A DNA stretch of 32,000 nt from Pirellula staleyi DSM 6068 (GTDB lineage Bacteria; Planctomycetota; Planctomycetia; Pirellulales; Pirellulaceae). Below the pieces are notes generated by a model. That model was not told the DNA's origin. It saw nothing but the letters and a program-made list of their open reading frames with translations, and made no database searches. The position numbers and the translations under genes were made by a program. The DNA is taken from contig CP001848.1 of the NCBI GenBank assembly GCA_000025185.1, positions 1,290,001 through 1,322,000 on the forward strand, written 5' to 3'. Positions 24,867 through 32,000 of the stretch are shown here, piece by piece (within the stretch, counting starts at the first letter, position 1; each line of letters opens with the position of its first letter).

Positions 24867-25515
24867 GATGCCTCTTTGGAAGAATTTCCTAGACGAGAAA
24901 TAGATGAGAATGACAGACCGCAATACTGTGGCAGATTAATTACCACTAAAGGCCATATTAGAGACGTCAAGCTCCCCAATCAAGAGATGCCACCGCCATA
25001 GCGAGGGGTCAGAGATTTTGCGAGATTTATAGCACCTTTCCATGTCTGATATACGTGTTTAAGGGCGTCTTGTGTTACTCAAGTCTTTGGGAATTAATGT
25101 TTGATACGGCTGAAGAAGGGGCGGAAACCTGGTGCGGAGAGCCGCTTTTTGGATGCTGACACGCCGATCGAGGGGGTATTTCTTGTCAAACTGAAATAAA
25201 TTTCATCCCCTAGAATCCGCGCAATTCGGCATGCACTTTTTTAGCGTTTGAACGCCGTATTTCGCGAGGCGGTCGTCCGCCTTGACTCAGAAGAGGTGGA
25301 TTGCGACACACGGGTGGCGAAATTGCCTTAATGGATCAGTGGCCTCTTTTAAGGAGCGCAAGAACGGCGCTGAGAGTGGCAGCTAGGCGTGCCCGATCGC
25401 TAGGTGACATAAGCGCGCTAGGAAGGGCGGCGCGAGCAGGCCAGTCGATGAAAATCGATGAACTGGCGCGATCGCGTTAGCTAGAGAGCGTGAGCTAACT
25501 GGGAGGGATGGGTTG

Positions 25516-26004
25516 TTATCGCGGCTCGGCTTCGGCCAGTTTTCGTGTGGCAAAGTCTTTCCAGCCAGTGGCTGATTTCTCGGTGATCGCGACCTGTTTG
25601 TTCGCTTCGTCGTAGCGAATGAGGCGGTTTTCGGGGTCGATTTTCAGCGTCACGTTCTGTCCATCGCGCGTGAAGATCACGGCGTACTGGAACTTGCCAC
25701 CGGTGGTGGGATTTTCCCAGGCATAGCTGGCGTCGCTCAGCAGCGAGTGACGCGCGTGCTGCATGCCAGGGGTTTTTGCGAGGCTGATCGTGGTGCTCGC
25801 TGCTCCCGCGTCATCCAGCTCGGATAGCTTGGCGTCCTCGGCGGTTCGAATCGCATAAGCCGCCTCGCTGCCATAAAACGCCATGCTTTGGTCGGTTCGC
25901 AGGTAGTTCCAAACCCAGGCGCCACCGGCCATCAGCAGGGCGATGGTCCCAATTCCAATCACTACGAGTTTCCCAGCGTTCATCGGTCGGATCTCGGTCG
26001 GCAT
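25516..26004 (-). CDS. Hypothetical membrane-anchored protein (162 aa)
   Basis: A single N-terminal TM segment (LVVIGIGTIALLMAGGAWVW) is followed by a soluble domain with no recognisable motif. An alternative start is ATG 25983. Confidence 0.6.
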   Translation of the reverse strand: MPTEIRPMNAGKLVVIGIGTIALLMAGGAWVWNYLRTDQSMAFYGSEAAYAIRTAEDAKLSELDDAGAASTTISLAKTPGMQHARHSLLSDASYAWENPTTGGKFQYAVIFTRDGQNVTLKIDPENRLIRYDEANKQVAITEKSATGWKDFATRKLAEAEPR

Positions 26005-26120
26005 GGCGGTCGCGTGCTGCCCGTTTTCGTAGGCGGGTCTTCAATCTATAGTAGTAAGTCTGACACCTCCCGCGCACTCGTCTGAGCTGCGCGACGACAT
26101 TTTAACGGAGCATTCCTCCT

Positions 26121-26345
26121 GTGGCCGACACGTTTGATCCCTACCGCGAAGCGCTCGTGATGGAAACCGACACCGTTTGGCCCGCTGGCTATGCCGACCT
26201 CGATCCGGCTCGCCGGGCCGACCTCGAAGCCAAGCTGCACGCCAAACCGGGCGAAGCGGCGAAGCTCGAATACATTCGGGTGCACACCGGCTTTTGCCGC
26301 ACGATTCACGTCACCGACGCCGATATCGCGCGCCTCGGCATCTAA
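26121..26345 (+). CDS. Possible small hypothetical protein (74 aa) upstream of aroB
   Basis: GTG start with GGAG ~10 nt upstream. It ends 37 nt before the aroB start. There is no recognisable family. It overlaps alternative ORFs in other frames, so coding status is uncertain. Confidence 0.4.
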   Translation: MADTFDPYREALVMETDTVWPAGYADLDPARRADLEAKLHAKPGEAAKLEYIRVHTGFCRTIHVTDADIARLGI

Positions 26346-26382
26346 TGCATGTCGATGCCTTTCTGATCTGGGGAGCGATACG

Positions 26383-27474
26383 TTGAGCGGGCAAGTGGTG
26401 CGGGTGGCTCTTTCCGAGCGCAGCTACGATATCCACATCGGTGCGGGAAATCTCGCGTCGATTGGCACACTGGTGCAAGCTCAGCTCAAGCCGGTGCATG
26501 CGGTCCTCATTGCCGATGCGCGACTTGCGGCCACGCATGCTGCCACTTGCGAAGCCTCGCTGGCGGCGACTGGGATGCGCGTCACCACCCTGCTGGTTCC
26601 CTCGGGTGAAAAGAGCAAATCGGTCGAGCAATCGGCGCGACTCTGGAACGAAATGCTCGCAGCCAAGACCGATCGCCGCAGCGTGGTGGTGGCGGTGGGT
26701 GGCGGAGTGATTGGCGATCTGGCGGGTTTCGTGGCAGCGACGTTTGGGCGCGGGCTCCCGTTCGTTCAGGTTCCGACCACGCTACTTGCGCAGGTCGATA
26801 GCAGCGTTGGTGGGAAGGTCGGCATCAACCTCCCTGCGGCCAAAAACATGGTGGGAGCTTTTTGGCAGCCTCGCCTGGTGCTGATCGACACCGCCGTGCT
26901 CCACACGCTCCCCGAGCGCGAGTATCTGTCGGGACTCGCCGAAGTGGTGAAGTATGGGGTAATTCTCGACGCCCCTTTCTTTGCTGCGCTCGAGCAGTCA
27001 GCAGCAGCGCTCCTTGCGCGCGATACCGTGGCGCTGACAGCGGCGATCAAGCGGAGCTGCGAACTGAAGGCCGATGTCGTTCGGCAAGATGAGCGAGAAG
27101 AGACCGGTTTGCGAGCGGTGCTGAACTACGGTCACACGTTTGCCCACGCCATTGAAACCGTCGCAGGCTACGAAGCGCTGCTGCATGGCGAAGCGGTGTC
27201 GATTGGCATGGTGCAAGCCGCGCGACTCGCCACGCTCCTGGGGCGAATCGACGAAGCGTTTTGCGTTCGTCAAAAGCGATTGCTCGACGCGCTCCAGTTG
27301 CCGACCGTTAGCCCGCCGCTGGCGGCCGACGATCTTGTGGCAGCAATGCAGCGCGATAAGAAGGTCGAGCGCGGCCTGCTTCGTTTCGTGCTCCCGACGA
27401 AGCTGGGACATGTCGAACTGGTCGGCGGCGTCGAAGAAGCGCTCGTCCGCCAAACGCTCGCCGCAAACTGCTAG
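26383..27474 (+). CDS. aroB: 3-dehydroquinate synthase
   Basis: Has GGGVIGDLAGFVAATFGRGLPFVQVPTTLLAQVDSSVGGKVGIN and LNYGHTFAHAIE, then LHGEAVSIGM. Homology begins at LSGQVVRV, with start TTG 26383 or GTG 26395. The raw ORF from 26191 is an upstream extension. Confidence 0.9.
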   Translation: MSGQVVRVALSERSYDIHIGAGNLASIGTLVQAQLKPVHAVLIADARLAATHAATCEASLAATGMRVTTLLVPSGEKSKSVEQSARLWNEMLAAKTDRRSVVVAVGGGVIGDLAGFVAATFGRGLPFVQVPTTLLAQVDSSVGGKVGINLPAAKNMVGAFWQPRLVLIDTAVLHTLPEREYLSGLAEVVKYGVILDAPFFAALEQSAAALLARDTVALTAAIKRSCELKADVVRQDEREETGLRAVLNYGHTFAHAIETVAGYEALLHGEAVSIGMVQAARLATLLGRIDEAFCVRQKRLLDALQLPTVSPPLAADDLVAAMQRDKKVERGLLRFVLPTKLGHVELVGGVEEALVRQTLAANC

Positions 27475-27502
27475 AGCCCATCGCTATCGGAGCTGGCCGC
27501 TG

Positions 27503-28432
27503 CTACGCGAGTGCTTCGCGCAGCTGATCGAGGAACTTCGGGCACTCGGTGCGTGGGTCGTCAGCTTCCTCGTATTCGAGGACGACATAGCCGCGATAAT
27601 GTGCTTCGCGAAGGATCTTGGCGATTCGTGGAAAGTCGGCGGGGACTTTCTTTTTGTCCGGGCCCGAAACAACCACCTTCACCTGAGCGTTGAGGGCGTA
27701 AGGAGCCACGGCAGCCAGTTCGCTGTAGATATCGTCGCTATGGAAGTTGCCGGTGTCGAGATTCACGCCAAACCAAGGGCTCTTCACATCGCGCACAAAC
27801 GCGAGCAGCCCTTCTGCAGTGGCGGTCGGCCCGCCATGGTTTTCGAGCGCCAGATGCACTCCCTTGGTGCCGGCATAGTCGCAGCATTCTTCGATCGCCG
27901 AGACCATTAGCGAGTGTGCTTGAGCTGGTGTGGTCTCTTTTTTGACATGTCCGGCGAAGATCCGAATTACTGGTGCACCGAGCACTGCAGCACGGTCGAT
28001 CCAGAGCTTCACGCCGTCGATTTGTTTGGCCCGTTCGGGTCCTGCTGGAAAACCGAAATCGTTGCCGACAGCGGTGCCGGTGACATCGAGCCCCAGGCGA
28101 AAGCATTGCCGCGCGAGGGTTCGTAGATCGTCGAATGTGACGTTCGAAGGAAAGTAGTACGAGGTGAGCTCGGTTCCATCGAGTCCAAACGTGGCGCAGT
28201 CGCTCACAAAATCGGACAGCTTCAGCTGCGGCTCTTGCCCGTTCTTACCTTGCAGCAATTCGCGGTAGCTATAGGCGGCGAGGCTCAGTTTGAACTTCGG
28301 TTTGCCATTGCGAGGAATCGGCTCGATGGCGCTGGCGGGAGCGATGCACGACGACGCAGCCAAGGTGGCAGCCACCGCAGTGCTCTGCAGGAATGTTCGG
28401 CGAGATGAAGTGACGTTTGAGCTGTCGTTCAT
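27503..28432 (-). CDS. Tat-exported sugar phosphate isomerase/epimerase (xylose isomerase-like TIM barrel)
   Basis: Starting from ATG 28432: MNDSSNVTSSRRTFLQSTAVAATLAASS (twin-arginine signal). Then LALENHGG, NLDTGNF and YRGYVVLEYE blocks typical of AP-endonuclease-2/xylose-isomerase-like TIM barrels. Confidence 0.85.
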   Translation of the reverse strand: MNDSSNVTSSRRTFLQSTAVAATLAASSCIAPASAIEPIPRNGKPKFKLSLAAYSYRELLQGKNGQEPQLKLSDFVSDCATFGLDGTELTSYYFPSNVTFDDLRTLARQCFRLGLDVTGTAVGNDFGFPAGPERAKQIDGVKLWIDRAAVLGAPVIRIFAGHVKKETTPAQAHSLMVSAIEECCDYAGTKGVHLALENHGGPTATAEGLLAFVRDVKSPWFGVNLDTGNFHSDDIYSELAAVAPYALNAQVKVVVSGPDKKKVPADFPRIAKILREAHYRGYVVLEYEEADDPRTECPKFLDQLREALA

Positions 28433-28481
28433 GGCAGAAGATTCCTGAAGAGGAGGTTCTGGGAGATGGCTGGCTTCGAGC

Positions 28482-28907
28482 TTATTTGCCCGCCGCGATT
28501 TTTTTGTAATCGATTCGCTTCGCACCTGCCCACAGATCTTCGAGCCGATAAAAGCCGCGATGCTGCTCGTCGAACAGGTGGATCACCACGCTGCCGTAAT
28601 CGAGCAAGATCCACTGGGTATCCTGATACCCTTCGGTGCCGTAGCGTTTGTGGTGGTACTCTTTTTGGAGAACGTCGTCGACGGCGTCCCCCATGGCGCG
28701 CAGCTGTCGCTGGCTCGTACCGGTGGCGATGACGAAGAAGTCGAAAATTACCGTTTGTTCGCGCATGTCGAGCACGGCAACGTCTTGACCCCGGTTCTCT
28801 TCAGCTGCAATGGCGGCAGCGACAGCGAGCTTCAAACTCAGCTCGGGGTCACGCTTGGTGGTGGGGTTTTCTGCCGTACTGGCCACGCTCGGTCCTTTCA
28901 AGTTCAT
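28482..28907 (-). CDS. rsfS: Ribosome silencing factor RsfS (iojap-like)
   Basis: FDFFVIATGTSQRQLRAMGDAV....G.....EG....WILLDYGSVVIHLF....R.FY.LE.LW is the canonical RsfS pattern. ATG 28907 is preferred over TTG 28913. Confidence 0.9.
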   Translation of the reverse strand: MNLKGPSVASTAENPTTKRDPELSLKLAVAAAIAAEENRGQDVAVLDMREQTVIFDFFVIATGTSQRQLRAMGDAVDDVLQKEYHHKRYGTEGYQDTQWILLDYGSVVIHLFDEQHRGFYRLEDLWAGAKRIDYKKIAAGK

Positions 28908-29051
28908 ACGCAATCGAAACAGTCATCGCGGGGGAAAGAGCCGCGACGAGCCTCTGCATTCTATCGTCGCGAGGGCTTGTCAGAAAGCGACACGCCGGTT
29001 TGCTGCCGGGTTCAGTCCCGACTCGAGGGGCGGAAGTCGTGCAGGCAGCCC

Positions 29052-30305
29052 CTAGCGGCGCATCACCTGGTTGCCGCCGACACGAGAAATCAGCCGCTTC
29101 ATTTCGAGCACGCTGAGGGTCGACAAGACGCGCGAAATCGGCAGCTTCGAGCGGACCGTCACCTGGTCGATCAGCATCGGTTCGGCCGACAGCAGCTCGA
29201 CAATCTTGCGCTCTTCAGCTGAAAGATCGGCCGGAATCGGAGCCAGCTTCGGCGGGGCTGCTGCCGAATCCGACGACGAATCGCTTGGCAAACTCCGCTG
29301 TTTTGCGTTTGCGCCACGCACACGACTCGGCGGCACCAAATCATCGCGCCCCAGCGACTCGAGCTGCTCCAGCACATGCTCGACACTCTCGATCAGCGCC
29401 GCTCCTTCGCGAATCAGCTGGTGGCAACCTTTCGACATGCGGCTGTCGATCCGCCCCGGGATCGCAAAGACTTCGCGCCCTTGCTCGGCGGCCAAACGGC
29501 CACTGATCAAGGCCCCACTTCGCTCGGCAGCTTCCACCACCACGACGCCGATCGATAAGCCGGTGACGATCCGATTGCGCTGGGGGAACGAGAATCGCGT
29601 CGGAGGTGAGTGGGGTGGCTGTTCGCTCAGAAGAGCCCCTTTTTCAGCGATTTCCTTCGCTAAATCGAGATGTTCGGGTGGATAGATGCAGGCCAGTCCG
29701 CTGCCAAGCACCGCAATCGTGCGACCACCCGCATCGAGGGCTCCTCGATGAGCCGCTGCATCGATGCCCCGCGCAAGGCCACTCACAATGGTGTAGCCGG
29801 CGCGCGAAAGTGCATAGGCAAAATGCTTCGCCTGTGCGAGTCCATAAGGAGTGGCGTGACGTGTCCCCACGATCGCAATCGCCTGCCGGTCGGAGGCTTG
29901 TAGCGCGCCCTGCTGATAGAGGACTCCCGGGGGATCGGGCAGATTCACGAGCGACGGGGGGTAGCGCTCGTCGGCCAGCGGAACAACCTCGATGCCGAGC
30001 GAGGTGCACTCGTCGAGGAGTTTTTCCACCTCCTGCCAGGCGGGAGGCGACTGGATCTGCTGCACCACCTTCGGGCCGACACCGGTGACCATCCGCAGCT
30101 CGTGCTGCGAGGCGGTGAAGACCTCTTGGGCCGATCCGAAACGATCGACGAGATTAAAACGTGTCCGTGGACCGACGCCATCGAGCATGGCCAGCCGCAT
30201 TTCCCAGAGCGAGTTCTCGACCGATTCGTGCATGGGGCACCCGTCGTCGTGGGGCATTATCGATAGGCGGGGCTCTTGTGACAAAATTCGCAGAGGCTGC
30301 GTCAC
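29052..30305 (-). CDS. dprA: DNA-processing protein DprA (Smf)
   Basis: Has IAIVGTRHATPYG, SGLARGIDAAAHRGAL, FPQRNRIVTGLS and VVVEAAERSGALISG blocks. The start is uncertain: GTG 30305, ATG 30257 or ATG 30233. Confidence 0.85.
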   Translation of the reverse strand: MTQPLRILSQEPRLSIMPHDDGCPMHESVENSLWEMRLAMLDGVGPRTRFNLVDRFGSAQEVFTASQHELRMVTGVGPKVVQQIQSPPAWQEVEKLLDECTSLGIEVVPLADERYPPSLVNLPDPPGVLYQQGALQASDRQAIAIVGTRHATPYGLAQAKHFAYALSRAGYTIVSGLARGIDAAAHRGALDAGGRTIAVLGSGLACIYPPEHLDLAKEIAEKGALLSEQPPHSPPTRFSFPQRNRIVTGLSIGVVVVEAAERSGALISGRLAAEQGREVFAIPGRIDSRMSKGCHQLIREGAALIESVEHVLEQLESLGRDDLVPPSRVRGANAKQRSLPSDSSSDSAAAPPKLAPIPADLSAEERKIVELLSAEPMLIDQVTVRSKLPISRVLSTLSVLEMKRLISRVGGNQVMRR

Positions 30306-30394
30306 AAAAAAGAGCTAGTCATAACGCTCGTTCGGCGGATGCCAGTGCCACGCTAGATTGGCATCTATTGTGTAGAAGTGCCAGCGGGCATGCA

Positions 30395-30466
30395 AGAAAT
30401 AAAAAACGGCCGAATCTCAGCGCCACGGGACAACCTGCCTTTGACCCTGAACTGAGACCGGCCGTT
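30395..30466 (-). terminator. Terminator-like long hairpin with a U-tract on the minus strand, not adjacent to any annotated gene end
   Basis: The minus strand reads AACGGCCGgTCTCAG-(31-nt loop)-CTGAGAttCGGCCGTT, followed by TTTTTATTTCTT. The arms are at 30405-30420 and 30452-30466. The loop is large for a classical intrinsic terminator. Confidence 0.4.
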
Positions 30467-30972
30467 AAGGAATACATTCGGCTAGTGTATTGCGAGTAAA
30501 TAGTGCGGATAACCGCAAACCGAAAGATATTAGGGGAAAACGATTTGCGGATGATTTGAACGATTTCAGTTCAGGTCGTCCCACGGGAAAGAAGCTGTCC
30601 TTTAAAGTGAATTAACACCTTATTTTATGGGGGTTAGGAAGCGTGCACACTTTTGAGAGCAGAGTAGCGTTAAGGGAGTCGCAACTTCCCAAGATCAGCT
30701 GGAGCTGTGCAGTAGCTGCACGCTTCAAAACCAAGTGGCTAAGGATCCTACTTATTTTGGCCGGAGGGAATCAGTAGCGTGTGCGGTTGTCCGCAGTGGG
30801 GAAAAGCGACTGAAAACGCGGCTAGTGAAATTCTTAAGTACCGCGCTTTTGGACCCCCTTGGTACCCACGCCGGCGGGGCATGACCACCGAAATGCCAGA
30901 AAGTCGATGCCACTCAGCCGCCGCTCGTTACTTAGCCACCGCTAGCGGCTAGACGCTGCCAGACGCTTGCGC

Positions 30973-31650
30973 TTAGTGAATCGAGGGGGTCAGGAAGTTA
31001 ATCAGGATCGCCATTTGGACTAGCTCCGAGAGGGAGTCGGCTTCCATCTTCCGCATGATGTTCGAGCGGCGCAGTTCCACCGTTCGGAGACCGATATCGA
31101 GGTCGGCAGCGATCCGCTTGTTGGGGAGCCCTTCGAGCAACTTTCGCATCACCACCACTTCATCAGAGGTGAGGGTGTTCATGCGAGTTTCGATTTCGGC
31201 CCGCTGACGACGAAGCGTTTGCTGGGCCTGCTCTTGGTTCAGGGCTCGCTCGATGCCGCGCCACAGCTCGTGCTCTTGGCAAGGTTTTTCGAGGAACGTG
31301 ACCGCCCCATTTTGCATGGCGCGAACCGCCATCGGAACGTCGGCATAGCCAGTGATCACAATCACCGGCAGCGTGCAGCCGCGACTCTTCAGCTCTTGCT
31401 GCAGTTGCAGTCCCGACATCCCTTGCATCCGGACATCGACCACCAGACAACCAGTCCGCGAGGCGTCGTAGAAGGCGAGAAACTCTTCGGCTGAACCGAA
31501 GCCCTGGGCCGGAAGCCCCTTGAGTCCGACCATCGCAATGACCGACTCGCGCGCGGCTCGATCATCGTCCACTACGTAAACGGTCGCCGCTTGCTCGATC
31601 ATGGCTCTCTTCTCAGTTTGAAAGGATTGGTTACCTTCGTCGCTCGGCAT
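30973..31650 (-). CDS. Two-component response regulator, FixJ/NarL (LuxR-type HTH) family
   Basis: The receiver domain has VYVVDDD, LVVDVRMQGMSGL (phospho-acceptor Asp) and PVIVITGYADV. The C-terminus has LTSDEVVVMRKLLEGLPNKRIAADLDIGLRTVELRRSNIMRKM. An alternative start is ATG 31602. Confidence 0.9.
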   Translation of the reverse strand: MPSDEGNQSFQTEKRAMIEQAATVYVVDDDRAARESVIAMVGLKGLPAQGFGSAEEFLAFYDASRTGCLVVDVRMQGMSGLQLQQELKSRGCTLPVIVITGYADVPMAVRAMQNGAVTFLEKPCQEHELWRGIERALNQEQAQQTLRRQRAEIETRMNTLTSDEVVVMRKLLEGLPNKRIAADLDIGLRTVELRRSNIMRKMEADSLSELVQMAILINFLTPSIH

Positions 31651-32000
31651 GCTGCAAAGTTCATCTCCAGGCTTGGTCGCAGGAATTCATATTCCCCGAG
31701 AGCCAGCAGAGTGTTGCAGCGCCCGCTGATCGATCTCCACAAGTAGAGACCGGCAACAGGGATCGAGCAGACGATTCAATAAGCCAAACGGGAGGAAACA
31801 ACTGTAGAAGCACGTCGGTGAGAAGGGTGCAAGTTTACAAAAAGAACCCCGCCCCAGGGGAAAAAAGTGCAGTGGAAATCACTGCGGTTTTCCGCAAAAC
31901 TCTTCAAAAGTTCTTGAGGAGATACATCCCTCACCTCAGGGGAATTCGTCAACAATATTTTCGTTATCGGCTCACTCGATAGGGTCATTCTTACAAGATT

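Noticed and set aside
25843-25852. A GGTTCGAATC motif resembling a tRNA T-loop.
   Set aside because: The flanking bases cannot form a T-stem (cggcg versus tcgca), and no acceptor or anticodon arms are present. The motif lies inside the 162-aa CDS on the opposite strand.
31776-31988. A 70-aa minus-strand ORF at the right edge, upstream of the response regulator.
   Set aside because: It lies in AT-richer, promoter-like DNA and has no motif or convincing RBS. It is too close to the window edge to judge, so it is left unannotated.
1-32000. A multi-gene novel system (defence, toxin, secretion or biosynthetic cluster).
   Set aside because: Gene neighbours are functionally unrelated housekeeping genes with mixed orientation. 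The only accessory-looking stretch (21.5-23.1 kb) has two or three orphan ORFs and none of the nuclease, ATPase, NTPase or toxin motifs I can recognise by eye. It is reported as a low-GC islet rather than claimed as a system.

Overview
GC-rich bacterial chromosomal segment. It is very probably Planctomycetota (Pirellulales-like), because it carries a DUF1559 / H-X9-DG protein with a prepilin-type N-terminus, a Tat-signal TIM-barrel isomerase and dense REP-like intergenic repeats. Most of the window is ordinary housekeeping. In order: a YfcH-type epimerase tail with an in-frame stop, a LarA-like protein, pepA, a UbiD-family decarboxylase, a prepilin-peptidase-like/LOG fusion ORF, an SDR, a YhcH-family protein, an RND efflux pair (adaptor plus permease) with a HAD hydrolase, and a RAYT transposase flanked by inverted REP hairpins. 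These are followed by tyrA, a PurS-PurS-PurL fusion, purQ, a low-GC islet with orphan genes, a DUF1559 plus lipoprotein pair, aroB, a sugar-phosphate isomerase, rsfS, dprA and a FixJ/LuxR response regulator. I found no rRNA, tRNA or CRISPR array, and no convincing multi-gene system of a new kind (defence, secretion or biosynthesis). The points most worth a second look are: (1) the single-ORF fusion of an A24 prepilin-peptidase-like membrane domain to a LOG/PpnN-type nucleosidase domain; (2) at least three interleaved repeat families, namely a REP hairpin tied to the RAYT gene, a GTAGG-headed hairpin family with covarying stems, and a ~100-bp element present as an inverted pair bracketing purQ; (3) a low-GC, repeat-bounded islet at ~21.5-23.0 kb; (4) a 667-bp structured non-coding gap ending in an orphan minus-strand terminator-like hairpin. 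All functional calls rest on motifs I recognise by eye. No database search was possible.
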